Origin: Gemmatimonadota bacterium
Lineage (GTDB): Bacteria; Gemmatimonadota; Gemmatimonadetes; Gemmatimonadales; GWC2-71-9
DNA: 64,000 nucleotides
Assembly (NCBI GenBank): GCA_036679605.1
Contig: JAZDCZ010000419.1
Coordinates: 32,001 to 96,000 of the forward strand
Direction: 5' to 3'
In this document: piece after piece, positions 49,578 through 59,297 of the stretch
Layout: every line of letters begins with the position of its first letter
Numbering within the stretch: the stretch's first letter is position 1
Made by a program: the position numbers and the translations under genes
The notes under the pieces: generated by a model
Database searches by the model: none
What the model was told of the DNA's origin: nothing
Seen by the model: the letters and a program-made list of their open reading frames with translations, nothing else

Positions 49578-50490
49578 TCTCAAGGAGTTGCTTCTAGCCA
49601 ACTGGCCTATCAAACTCACGGCCTTGGCGCTCTCAACTGCGCTCTGGGCCGTACTAGCGGCCGAACAAACAACTACGCAGCTCGTTCCGGTGACTCTGGA
49701 CATCACACCGCCCGAGGGCCGCACCATGACTGTACAGCTCCCACCTATTCAGGCGCGTTATGGCGGTACTCTGCGCGAGCTGCTCAAACTCTACGAGACG
49801 CCTCCGGTAATCCGCAAGACCGTTCCGGATACTATCTCCGGTTCGAGCTACATCATTGAGTTAGCAACCACGGACTTGGAAACGATTGAGGATGCGGACG
49901 TGCTTGCACAGGAAATACAACCGCACAACATAACATTACAGTTCGATGATGTTCTTCGCCGAAATGTACGGGTAGTCTCTCGAGTCGCACTCTTTCCCGA
50001 CTCGGGTTACGAGGTGTTCGGCAAGATCTCTGTCACTCCAGCTACCGTATCCGTAAGCGGACCAGATGCGCTGGTACGGAAGATCAACTCATTGCTCACG
50101 ATGTCCCTGGAACGCAGAGGGATCTCTAGCCCCGTTCGGATAGAGGTACCGATCGACACATCGGGACTAGGTGTGCTCCGAGTAGAGCCACGAGAAGTCG
50201 AGGTGACCGCCAACATCGGACCTGTCTCCGAACAAGTGTTGATGGGTGTGGCAGTGTCAATTCTGTCGGATCGCGCCACGTGGGAAAGCGTGCCCTCGGC
50301 AGTCATTGTCACCGTGCGCGGCCCGAGCGCCCGGATTGTCCAACTCACCAGGGACAGCGTACAAGTGATAGCACGACCAACTGAGTTGGGCACAGATGGA
50401 CCCGTCACGCTCGAAGTAATCGCGCCCCCTGGAATCACAGCCCATTCAACGCCCCTGACTGCTGTCGTAAGAAAGCGAAATCGTGACTGA
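49561..50490 (+). CDS. YbbR/CdaR-like protein
   Basis: NWPIKL.AL.L...LW N-terminus; repeated P..V.V.GP motifs. Confidence 0.8.
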   Translation: MPKLPDLKELLLANWPIKLTALALSTALWAVLAAEQTTTQLVPVTLDITPPEGRTMTVQLPPIQARYGGTLRELLKLYETPPVIRKTVPDTISGSSYIIELATTDLETIEDADVLAQEIQPHNITLQFDDVLRRNVRVVSRVALFPDSGYEVFGKISVTPATVSVSGPDALVRKINSLLTMSLERRGISSPVRIEVPIDTSGLGVLRVEPREVEVTANIGPVSEQVLMGVAVSILSDRATWESVPSAVIVTVRGPSARIVQLTRDSVQVIARPTELGTDGPVTLEVIAPPGITAHSTPLTAVVRKRNRD

Positions 50491-51532
50491 AGTAGTGCTG
50501 GGCATTGAAACTTCGTGTGACGAGACATCCGCCGCTGTCTTGGTGCGGGAGGCGAGCGGGCCGGAACTGGCCAGCCTGGTAATTCTGTCGCAGGACATTC
50601 ACGCTGTATTCGGCGGGGTTGTTCCGGAATTGGCGAGTAGGGCGCACCTGACTGCGCTCACCCCCGTGGTCAATCGTGCCCTCGACGAAGCGGGCATACC
50701 CCTTGATGCTATCGATGCCGTCGCCGTAACTGCCGGTCCTGGACTCGTTGGATCGCTCATGGTCGGTGTCTGCTTCGCCAAAGGATTGGCCGCCGGGGGA
50801 CCACGAAAGCTGATCGGCGTGCATCACTTGGAGGGCCACGTCTTCGCACCACTGCTCGATCATCCCGACCTAGACCCTCCGTTTGTCGCTCTCATTGTCT
50901 CGGGCGGCCACACCCTGTTGCTCGACGTGCCCGAATGGGGGCGTTATCGCCTCCTAGGTGAGACTCGTGACGATGCAGTGGGCGAGGCATTTGATAAGGT
51001 CGCAAGAATGCTGGGTCTTTCGTATCCCGGCGGGCCCGCGGTCGAGCGACTGGCGGAAGGCGCTAGGGATACGCTGGGCTTCACACGACCGATGATCGAT
51101 ACGGGGTTCGATTTTTCGTTCAGTGGACTCAAGACGGCAGTCTTGTACGCAGTCCGAAAGTGCAACGATCTTGAGGCCGACCGCGCCGACATTGCAGCCT
51201 CCTTTCAAGCCGCCGCCTTCGATGTGTTGACTGCTAAGGTCACTGCGGCAATAGAGTACACTGGTTATTCCACGGTGGTACTGGGTGGAGGCGTCGCCTG
51301 TAGCGGCACGCTATGCACCCGAATGAAGAGGGGGCTCTCGAATCTCGCTCGATTGGTAGTAGCTCAGCCGCGGCACAATACCGACAACGCGGCGATGATT
51401 GCCCGTGCAGGATGGTTTCACCTAGAACAAGACAGCGTGAGTAACTTGTACCTCGACGCGAACCCGCGCCTAGCCTGGCCCGGCCTCGAGCGATGCTCAG
51501 TATCTACTCAACCGGCCAAGGTCACCCGATGA
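50483..51532 (+). CDS. tsaD: tRNA t6A synthesis protein TsaD
   Basis: LGIETSCDET, GGVVPELASRAH, HHLEGH, SGGHT, DDAVGEAFDK, FSFSGLKT, DNAAMI. Confidence 0.98.
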   Translation: MTEVVLGIETSCDETSAAVLVREASGPELASLVILSQDIHAVFGGVVPELASRAHLTALTPVVNRALDEAGIPLDAIDAVAVTAGPGLVGSLMVGVCFAKGLAAGGPRKLIGVHHLEGHVFAPLLDHPDLDPPFVALIVSGGHTLLLDVPEWGRYRLLGETRDDAVGEAFDKVARMLGLSYPGGPAVERLAEGARDTLGFTRPMIDTGFDFSFSGLKTAVLYAVRKCNDLEADRADIAASFQAAAFDVLTAKVTAAIEYTGYSTVVLGGGVACSGTLCTRMKRGLSNLARLVVAQPRHNTDNAAMIARAGWFHLEQDSVSNLYLDANPRLAWPGLERCSVSTQPAKVTR

Positions 51533-52377
51533 CTTTTTATCCGTTAGTCATACACGTCGGTCCCTTAGCAATCACTGGCTTTGGAATCATGATGATGGTC
51601 GGTTTCATGATGGCCGGTTGGGTCATGCAGGTAGATCTGCGTGAACGTGGAATGAGCGAACGATATGCAGAACAGATTATTGTAGCCGGTGTGGCCGGGG
51701 GGATCCTGGGCGCAAAGGTGTGGTACGTCGCTCTATATCACGACAGTGCTCAATTCTTTTCACGGGGGGGTCTCGTCTGGTACGGCGGATTTATCGTTGC
51801 CGTTGTTGCCATCTTGCTCAACGGCAAGCGGCTTCGCGTCCCGGCACGATTTACCCTGGACCTGGCAGCGCCGGCGCTTGCTTTGGGACACGCGCTGGGA
51901 CGCGTTGGCTGCTTTCTCATCCAGGACGACTACGGAATTCCGACCTCACTGCCATGGGGTGTAAAGTTTCCCGCAGGTTATCCGCCGACTACCGCGATCA
52001 ATTTGCAAAGATGGGGAATTGAGGTACCGAGTGACGCCTTGCCGACTGACGTAATTGCAGTACATCCCACGCAACTATACGAAGTGGCCGCTCTGATGTT
52101 CATATTTTGGCTGCTGTGGAGACTGCGGCGTCACAACCACGCGGTTGGCTGGCTGGCTGCCCTCTACTTCGTAGTGAATGGACTCGAGAGGTTTCTCGTA
52201 GAGTTTATCCGGGCCAAGGACGACCGACTACTCGCCGGGTTCACTATTGCCCAGGCTACGAGCGTAGCAGTCATGGTAGTTGGGTTCGTATTGATGGCCG
52301 TCTGGCACGACAAGAGCGAAGTCGATATTCCGAACGACGCTCGAGTACTTAGTGAAGCTCATGCCGCTGGGACCTAA
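51529..52377 (+). CDS. lgt: Prolipoprotein diacylglyceryl transferase
   Basis: GGLVWYGG, GRVGCF, HPTQLYE, RFLVEFIR. Confidence 0.95.
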   Translation: MTFYPLVIHVGPLAITGFGIMMMVGFMMAGWVMQVDLRERGMSERYAEQIIVAGVAGGILGAKVWYVALYHDSAQFFSRGGLVWYGGFIVAVVAILLNGKRLRVPARFTLDLAAPALALGHALGRVGCFLIQDDYGIPTSLPWGVKFPAGYPPTTAINLQRWGIEVPSDALPTDVIAVHPTQLYEVAALMFIFWLLWRLRRHNHAVGWLAALYFVVNGLERFLVEFIRAKDDRLLAGFTIAQATSVAVMVVGFVLMAVWHDKSEVDIPNDARVLSEAHAAGT

Positions 52378-53207
52378 ACAGCCAGCACAGCTTCGCGCAT
52401 TTCAGCGGCAGATTGCCAGCGGTCTTCTCTGTCTTTTTTCAGTGCTCGACGAACTATTTCGGCAAGAGCTTCGGAAACATCTTTGCGGAATTCTGTTATG
52501 TCCGGAGCTGGAGCGGCGTGGTGCATCGAGAGCACCAATTCTTCCCTCAGGGACGTAAAAGGCGGTCTGCCAGCCAAGCACTCGAACAGCACACAGCCCA
52601 GCGAGTAGAGATCACTGCGGTGATCGATGTCCTCCACGCCCGACACCTGTTCCGGACTCATATATGAGGACGTACCAACGGCAAAGCCGGAGCGGGTGAG
52701 CCGGTCATGACCCGATGAAGCGATAACTCGGGCTATTCCGAAATCCATCAGCACCGGGCCAGTCGAAGCAAGCACTACGTTTTCAGGCTTGACGTCCCGA
52801 TGTACGATACCCATGTCGTGCGCATACTTCAGGGCATCAAGCAGCTGTGCAGCGATGTGACAGGTGTCGCTGATCGAAGCTTGCTTTACTCGGGTCAAGT
52901 GTTCGCGAAGTGTTGGACCCGCAATGTAATCCATCACGTAATACACAAGCCAATCTGATTCACCATAGTCGGTTAGACTTGCGATATTCGGATGATCGAT
53001 CTTGGAGAGGAATGAGATCTCACGCACGAACCGCTCGGCAGTTACGCTGACAGCCAGTTCCGGGTGAAGGATCTTTAGAGCCACCGGTGAGCCACTCTTG
53101 TCTCGGGCAAGAAACACCCGAGCTGCGCCACCGCGCGCCAGTTCTCTATCGACCTCGTATCGATCCTTCAACACCTTTCGAACGGTGGGAAGTAGATCCC
53201 GCGCGAT
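52374..53207 (-). CDS. Stand-alone Hanks-type Ser/Thr protein kinase; start either ATC 53207 or GTG 53174
   Basis: ARGGAARV, VALK, HRDVKPEN, DFG, GT..YMSPEQ, SDLYSLG; ends right after the kinase domain. Confidence 0.93.
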   Translation of the reverse strand: MARDLLPTVRKVLKDRYEVDRELARGGAARVFLARDKSGSPVALKILHPELAVSVTAERFVREISFLSKIDHPNIASLTDYGESDWLVYYVMDYIAGPTLREHLTRVKQASISDTCHIAAQLLDALKYAHDMGIVHRDVKPENVVLASTGPVLMDFGIARVIASSGHDRLTRSGFAVGTSSYMSPEQVSGVEDIDHRSDLYSLGCVLFECLAGRPPFTSLREELVLSMHHAAPAPDITEFRKDVSEALAEIVRRALKKDREDRWQSAAEMREAVLAV

Positions 53208-53294
53208 TGTATCCCCCTTTTGAAAAGACCTAAACGACTAAAGTTGGAGGGAAACAGAAGTACCGCAAGTCCGCGGTGGCTTCAGCGATCTTGT

Positions 53295-55316
53295 TCAGTC
53301 TGCCCGAACTAGCCTCGGCTCAAGCCAAAACACCCAGAGCAGCGCTCCAAAGAGTGCTGTAGCGATCAAGAGTTGGCTAAACAACGTCTGCGCGGTTGGA
53401 AAGATCCCCAAAGCCGGTATAGCAGGGACCCAATTCAGCGGAGTAATCGAGATAATGCCTATCTCCTGCAACTCGGACACTCCCTGTCCAGCAAAACTGA
53501 ACGCCATTACGTAGAGCAACCCGCTAGTCGCCGCGAAAAAAGGCTTCAGTGGCAAACGCACACTGTACCGCTGCATCAAGAAGTAGACAACACCAAGCAC
53601 AATCAAACCAACACCGATTCCGGAACCAACGGCCACTGCTGATCCAGAACTGCCATCGGAACTGGTGACTAGAGCGGAGAAGAAAAGCACAGTCTCAAAC
53701 CCCTCGCGATATACGGCAAGAAACGCCACTGCTGCAAGCGCCAGTGTCCGCTTGCTGTTCATGGCTCGCTGCATCTGATTGCCGACAAACGCTTGCCACT
53801 TGCGCAGCTCAATCTTCGATACGAGCCAAAAGGATACCCAGAAGAGAACACCCGCAGCTACGAGCATTGTTATCCCTTCGAGCAGATCTTGGCGTCCCGC
53901 CGAGTGGCGAAACAACGTGGCGAAACCGCCAGCAGTGACGAGGCTCGCCACAACAGCAGCGAAAACACCCCACCCTATGTCGCGTTTTCGCTGATCGGCG
54001 CCGGCTTTCGTCAGGAAGGCCGTAAGCGCGCCTATGATGAGAATCGCTTCGAGGCCCTCCCGTAGCATTATGACGACTGACTGTGTGAATAGAATCCTTG
54101 AAGAGATCGTCGGGGTAATACTTGTCAGAGCAGCGTCTAGAGCATCGTCAACTTCCTCTCGGGCCTTTACGACACCGACCCATGCACCATCGGCCAGCAG
54201 GGTTCCCCGAAACTGAGTGAAAGCCCGCTCGACGTTCCGAGCTGCCTTCGCATCCCTAGACCTCACAGCGCCTTCAATTCGCTCGAATACCAAGTAGCCA
54301 TCGAGTGCGCGTGCGGCCCCGGCCTTGCGCTCTCCAGACGATCCCAACTCCATGGCCGCAGCCACAGCGGCCTTTGCACCAGCAACCGCACGGCTAGCAA
54401 CCAGCTTGGCATCGCTGCCCAACTCCTCAGTAGCACCGGCACCGCGGGCATATGCGACGAGATCCTGGATGCTTGTCGACCCTACCGCTCCCGTCATCGA
54501 GTCGAGAATCGCAGCCAGAGAGTCATCCGATAGGGCGGCGGTTTCGGAGAAATCACTGATCAGCAAATTGCATTCAGGGCACTGCAAAGCGAGTTGCGCT
54601 GCACCCCGATCTCTCGCGTCCTGCGAGAAACGCAACGTGGAAGCATAGAGCGCTAATGCCCACCGGTCATCCAGACCGAGTCGACCATCGAAACCTGGCA
54701 TCGCCGTGCCGGACACGCCGACGTTTAGTTTGCGGAAGAAATCGAGCGGACTGACAACACGAAGGGTCTGCTGGTCCGTTAGGTCAGCCGGAGGCGGGTC
54801 GAGTGTCTTCGCCATCGATCCATCTCCCGTTCCGTTCTCTCCATGGCACTGCATGCAATGCTTGGAGTAGAGGGCTTCGCCTCGTGCGAGCGAAGGAGCA
54901 CCTCCCGGCATTACGTCAAGCGTGACATGGAGGCTACTCTCGAGCAAATCTCTCAATGCAACGAGAGATTCACCGATTTCCCCATCAGAACGCAGTGCAG
55001 AGAACCCCGCTCCAATGGAGTCGAAGTAACCAAGGACTTGCCGCCGAGTTCCCTCTGGCAGCAGCGTCGCCGACTGCCTGGCCTCATCAAGGAAGAGCCG
55101 TGCCTCTCGCAACTCACCCTCATTGATAACCCGCCCTCCAACAACTCCGACTCCATACTCGTCTATGGCGATGCTGACCAGATCTGCAATGCGGCGCGCG
55201 GCAGTTGTTGCCGCATCTGCCTGTCCCGAGAGCCGGACCGGGGCCGCAACCGCATGTAGTGCCAGCAGTCCAGCTATAATATATCGTCTTGGATACAAGA
55301 TGAGAATCGTTCTCAA
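53295..55316 (-). CDS. Cytochrome c / FTR1 (EfeU-like) iron permease fusion
   Basis: CMQCH heme motif; REGLE and REGFE motifs in the C-terminal TM region. Confidence 0.93.
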   Translation of the reverse strand: MRTILILYPRRYIIAGLLALHAVAAPVRLSGQADAATTAARRIADLVSIAIDEYGVGVVGGRVINEGELREARLFLDEARQSATLLPEGTRRQVLGYFDSIGAGFSALRSDGEIGESLVALRDLLESSLHVTLDVMPGGAPSLARGEALYSKHCMQCHGENGTGDGSMAKTLDPPPADLTDQQTLRVVSPLDFFRKLNVGVSGTAMPGFDGRLGLDDRWALALYASTLRFSQDARDRGAAQLALQCPECNLLISDFSETAALSDDSLAAILDSMTGAVGSTSIQDLVAYARGAGATEELGSDAKLVASRAVAGAKAAVAAAMELGSSGERKAGAARALDGYLVFERIEGAVRSRDAKAARNVERAFTQFRGTLLADGAWVGVVKAREEVDDALDAALTSITPTISSRILFTQSVVIMLREGLEAILIIGALTAFLTKAGADQRKRDIGWGVFAAVVASLVTAGGFATLFRHSAGRQDLLEGITMLVAAGVLFWVSFWLVSKIELRKWQAFVGNQMQRAMNSKRTLALAAVAFLAVYREGFETVLFFSALVTSSDGSSGSAVAVGSGIGVGLIVLGVVYFLMQRYSVRLPLKPFFAATSGLLYVMAFSFAGQGVSELQEIGIISITPLNWVPAIPALGIFPTAQTLFSQLLIATALFGALLWVFWLEPRLVRAD
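55301..55315. promoter_or_regulatory. Fur-box-like palindrome
   Basis: TGAGAAT-C-GTTCTCA (7-1-7) at the 5' end of the iron permease gene. Confidence 0.6.
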
Positions 55317-55366
55317 GTAAAGTGGACGCGAAATCTAGCCAGGCACTAGCTGAAAGGCAACCAGGT

Positions 55367-55750
55367 TCACTGGACCAGAATGACTACGGCAGCGGCCTGG
55401 CTTTCTGAATGCGTGAGGGACAGTAAGAGACCTGAAACCCCTATCTCGGCTGCGCCTGCCTTTGCGCGACCATGCAACTCCAAGCTCGGTCGACTGTTTG
55501 AGTCCCGAACCACTTCGACGTCGCGCCACCAAAAGACTCGGTCGACACCGCCCTGCGATAGGGCCTTATAGGCTGCTTCTTTTGCCGCGATGCGGGCCGC
55601 CACGTGCCTAGCAGGCGTAGCTTGGGAAAGACAGTATTCTCTTTCCGCCGATGTTAGGATCCGCCGCAACGCCCTCTCACCATGTCGATCGAGCAGCCGC
55701 TCCACGCGTCCTATGTCGACCAGGTCCAGCCCGACGGCCAGCGGCGTCAC
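55367..55750 (-). CDS. acpS: Holo-ACP synthase
   Basis: GLDLV, AARIAAKEA..KAL, SLTH. Confidence 0.95.
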   Translation of the reverse strand: MTPLAVGLDLVDIGRVERLLDRHGERALRRILTSAEREYCLSQATPARHVAARIAAKEAAYKALSQGGVDRVFWWRDVEVVRDSNSRPSLELHGRAKAGAAEIGVSGLLLSLTHSESQAAAVVILVQ

Positions 55751-56490
55751 TTCCCGAAAACCGCTTCCCAGCCCTGACTAAACCAGGCCGGTGGCCGGGT
55801 ATAACCGGCGAAAATGAGCCCGAACCAAATCGCCCAACCGAGAGCCACTGTGCTCACCAAGACAACGGGCCAGACCGGCTTTTTCCACTGGGCCACGCGA
55901 TCCGCTTCCTGACTCCAGTAAATCGATTCTTGCCCGACCGCCTGCTCAAGTGAAAGCCACGCATCCTCGAGCTGTCGAGCTGCCGATCTCAGAGCCTCTT
56001 GCCAGTGCTCTACCACGTCTCGCTGCAGCGCCGTTGCTTCCAAAGCTCCCGCTGCAGCTAGCTCCAGGCGGTCCAGCACACTAATCAGGCGACTCCCAGC
56101 CGATCCTAACCGGGCCACCAGGGATCGCCTTTCTGCAGCACCTGGTGCCAGTCGCCTGCGCAACCGGTGCGGCATGCCTACTACGATCGCCTCGGCATCC
56201 AAATGTTGCGACACATGCTCGAGCAAGACCTCCGCCACACCACTCACCGATTCTTCCCATGCTTCTTGCCAACTTGCTCGCCCCACTACCGAAAGGGCTG
56301 CCGCCCTCTCACCGTTGGCAGCAAGTCGTCGAGCTGTTCCGGCAGCCTCGAAAATCTTGGTGACCAGTTTATAGCGGATAGAGTCGAGGCGAATCCAATC
56401 GGGGCCGCGCTCAACACCGCTGGCTAGTTTGCCCAAGTACGGTCCAAGCTCGGGCACCCGCAACGGTAGCAGTAATTGTGCACCTGTCAT
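55747..56490 (-). CDS. Hypothetical helical protein with C-terminal TM anchor
   Basis: 247-aa ORF overlapping both neighbours by 4 nt. Confidence 0.75.
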   Translation of the reverse strand: MTGAQLLLPLRVPELGPYLGKLASGVERGPDWIRLDSIRYKLVTKIFEAAGTARRLAANGERAAALSVVGRASWQEAWEESVSGVAEVLLEHVSQHLDAEAIVVGMPHRLRRRLAPGAAERRSLVARLGSAGSRLISVLDRLELAAAGALEATALQRDVVEHWQEALRSAARQLEDAWLSLEQAVGQESIYWSQEADRVAQWKKPVWPVVLVSTVALGWAIWFGLIFAGYTRPPAWFSQGWEAVFGK

Positions 56491-57182
56491 GCGAAGATCG
56501 CTTCCACAACGGGTGCTGGGTCGGCAAAACTCGAAAACGTCGCGAACGCCCCTGCAGTGGCAAGATCCGACACTGAATACGACCCGGTCGCCACAGCTAT
56601 CGCTCGTGCACCAATTTCGGTTCCGCAGGTTACATCAGCTGGCGTATCACCTATGATGACGACCTGATCGCCGCGCGGTGTCTCTCCCAGAACATCGCCG
56701 GCCCGTCGCGCTGCTATCCCCGGTAGATCGGGTCGGTGAGCCGCGTCCGAGCCATAGGCTCCCACTACGAACCGCTCAGGATCGATCCCAGCCGCTCTCA
56801 GCTTGAGAACAGCTCCCACCTCCACATTGCCGGTCAACAATCCCAACACAGCATCATCTCGATCGTCGAGAAGATCCAAGAGTTCACTAACTCCATCAAA
56901 CACTTTAATCTGGCGGTCTTCCGCCACTAGCTCACTCGCTAACAGTGAAGTGTAACGTTTGCAAACCTTTGAAATGTGAGTCTCACTCTCCGCATCTGGA
57001 TGGCCAACGGCGGAGAGCAGTTGCTGCACTATTTGGGGATCGGTCTTGCCATCAAATCGAAATCCGTCGATTGGTCCGGTGGTTCCCATTTCGGCCAGGA
57101 GTGCCTCACGGATCGCCGATCTACCGGCTCCATCGGACCAGAGAAGAGTTCCATCGATGTCGAAGAGCACAAGTTTTTTCAT
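56487..57182 (-). CDS. HAD family hydrolase
   Basis: LFDIDGTL, LLTGN, IGDTPADV. Confidence 0.93.
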   Translation of the reverse strand: MKKLVLFDIDGTLLWSDGAGRSAIREALLAEMGTTGPIDGFRFDGKTDPQIVQQLLSAVGHPDAESETHISKVCKRYTSLLASELVAEDRQIKVFDGVSELLDLLDDRDDAVLGLLTGNVEVGAVLKLRAAGIDPERFVVGAYGSDAAHRPDLPGIAARRAGDVLGETPRGDQVVIIGDTPADVTCGTEIGARAIAVATGSYSVSDLATAGAFATFSSFADPAPVVEAIFA

Positions 57183-57189
57183 AGAGTTC

Positions 57190-58149
57190 TCAATGATGGT
57201 TTGCCATTGCGGGTACATCGTCAGTTCCCCGGGCAAGCCGAACAGCCCGTTCTATCGCGACGGCGGTCACTTCCTGGGCCAGCAACTCGATGGCGAGACA
57301 AGATCGTGGGGCAACATTCCCGGCGGAAACACCAAATACAACATCCCCATCAAACTGGGTCCCAACCGGCGTAATCCGTTGTCCCAAAGCATCTGTGGAC
57401 ATGACAGCCATGTTCATCAGATCCACTTGCCCTAGATCAGCATTTGTGGCCACTACTACCAGTGTTGTGTTGCCACCCTCACGGCCAAAGGACGCTCCAA
57501 GTTTACCACCCCGTGAAAGATATCTTCGGGCGTCAATGAACCCGTCGTCGCTTCGTGCCCCGGCGATAATCGCGCCTTTGCCATCACGTATGTCACCGAA
57601 CGCATTGACGACTGCAAGGCATCCAACGACGATGTCGCCGTCGCGTTCGGCCCAGGTTCCCACACCACCCTTCATGGCGGACCCAAGGCCCAGTGCCTTC
57701 CCTACTGTCGCGCCGGTACCGACACCGACGGAACCTTCCTCGACATTTTCTTGGGCGTTCTCACACGCCCGATATCCGTCTTCCGGTCCCGGCCAGGCAT
57801 GAGAAGAACCCACACCCAAATCGAAGATTACGGCAGTTGGTACGATGGGAACCACTCCCACACCGACGTCGTAGCCTCTATCGCGTTCTGCTAGCCACTT
57901 CATGACACCGTCGGCCGCGCCGAGCCCAAATGCCGAGCCGCCGGTAAGGAGAATACCATGGACCTTGGAAACGAGATGTCGCGCAGAGAGGGAGTCTAGT
58001 TCGCGTGTTCCTGTGGCGCGTCCGCGCAGGTAGGCAGCAGCCCTGATGCCCTCCCTAGGACCCAAGATTACAGTCAAGCCCGTGCCTGCACTGATCTTGG
58101 TTACGTGCCCGACCGTGAGTCCCGGAACGTCAGTGAGCCTGGCAGACAC
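57190..58149 (-). CDS. P1/S58 family peptidase (DmpA-like)
   Basis: LTDVPG..VGH, GTRE, LTGGSAFGL, G.VG.GTG, VNAFG, NTT, DGD. Confidence 0.9.
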   Translation of the reverse strand: MSARLTDVPGLTVGHVTKISAGTGLTVILGPREGIRAAAYLRGRATGTRELDSLSARHLVSKVHGILLTGGSAFGLGAADGVMKWLAERDRGYDVGVGVVPIVPTAVIFDLGVGSSHAWPGPEDGYRACENAQENVEEGSVGVGTGATVGKALGLGSAMKGGVGTWAERDGDIVVGCLAVVNAFGDIRDGKGAIIAGARSDDGFIDARRYLSRGGKLGASFGREGGNTTLVVVATNADLGQVDLMNMAVMSTDALGQRITPVGTQFDGDVVFGVSAGNVAPRSCLAIELLAQEVTAVAIERAVRLARGTDDVPAMANHH

Positions 58150-58172
58150 CGGCTAGCTTCAGACTCATCCCG

Positions 58173-58364
58173 TTAGTTCGTTGTCCCGCCTGACGAGTTC
58201 GGTACGGTTCCGCTCTTAGCCGCGCATTCCTTACAGCTTGTCACACCCCTGATCGAACAGATGATACAAATGAACGCTCCACAACTGTCGCAGGGATATC
58301 CTTCCGATGCACGCTCCTCATTGCCGCAGGCGCGACAAACCATTCCATCGTGTTCTTGACCCAT
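58173..58364 (-). CDS. 63-aa protein with four CxxC pairs
   Basis: CRAC, CDSC, CIIC, CKEC; SD GAGGAGG. Confidence 0.8.
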   Translation of the reverse strand: MGQEHDGMVCRACGNEERASEGYPCDSCGAFICIICSIRGVTSCKECAAKSGTVPNSSGGTTN

Positions 58365-58406
58365 TGTTCCTCCTCGATACTCGCCAGTGGGCCAACTGCC
58401 AAACCG

Positions 58407-59297
58407 TCACCCCCTGGGCATCATTACTCTCAGTCCCCCTGGTACGGCATCCGCAGTGAAAGGCGTTGTCCCACCCTCGTCTCCATCTGACTCGATGGGG
58501 ACGATTGGCTGGCTCTCGACCGTGATTTTCCGGCCACGGGCGTATCGTACGCGTCCACCATTACCCAATCCAGTGATCATCTGCCAAAGTGCCGACACGC
58601 TCTCGATCCGGTTCGAAGCGGTCATGGTTATCACGTCCAATAACCCGTCATGCAAGGTGATGCCGGGCCCGAACCTCACAAACGGTGGCAGAATTGCGCC
58701 GCAATTCGCAACGATTACAGTGGCAGCCTCGACCTCGAAGTTGGAGCCATCGACTGAGATCTGAAAGTGCGTAGGTTGCAAGTTACCTAAGACCTCCCAC
58801 GCTGTCGCCACGTAGGCCGCCATCCGCCACCTCCGTTTCGATTCTCCCGACGTACGCGCCATGAGTTCGGCGTCGAAACCCGCTCCGCATGCCACTGCAA
58901 AATAGCGCTCTGCCTTGCGACAAGTCAGGCGACCCACATCTACTGCAACTGGATGGCCCCGGGTAATTGCACGCGTGGCCCGTATCGGATCGCGTGGAAG
59001 TCCGAGGTTGCTGGCTAGAAGGTTGCCGGTTCCACCTGGGATCAGACCCAGTGGGACACCGCTGTCGACCATTCCAGAGAACGCGCGGATGGCTGTGCCG
59101 TCACCGCCATAGACCACGATAACATCCACGGATCCCGCCACCCCCTGTCGTGCCAAAGTGGTTTCGTCACCGGGTCCCTTCGTGACGACTACCTCAACCA
59201 CCCATCCTTCGGAGGAGAACGTGTCACAAACCGCCCTTACAACTCTTGGTTTTGTACGCGCTGCAGCTGGATTGTGGATCAACATCGCTTTAGGCAT
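58407..59297 (-). CDS. Diacylglycerol kinase family lipid kinase
   Basis: NP.A, GGDGT, PGGTGN, GAGFDA, DGLLDV, DGD; TGATG overlap with tamB. Confidence 0.92.
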   Translation of the reverse strand: MPKAMLIHNPAAARTKPRVVRAVCDTFSSEGWVVEVVVTKGPGDETTLARQGVAGSVDVIVVYGGDGTAIRAFSGMVDSGVPLGLIPGGTGNLLASNLGLPRDPIRATRAITRGHPVAVDVGRLTCRKAERYFAVACGAGFDAELMARTSGESKRRWRMAAYVATAWEVLGNLQPTHFQISVDGSNFEVEAATVIVANCGAILPPFVRFGPGITLHDGLLDVITMTASNRIESVSALWQMITGLGNGGRVRYARGRKITVESQPIVPIESDGDEGGTTPFTADAVPGGLRVMMPRG

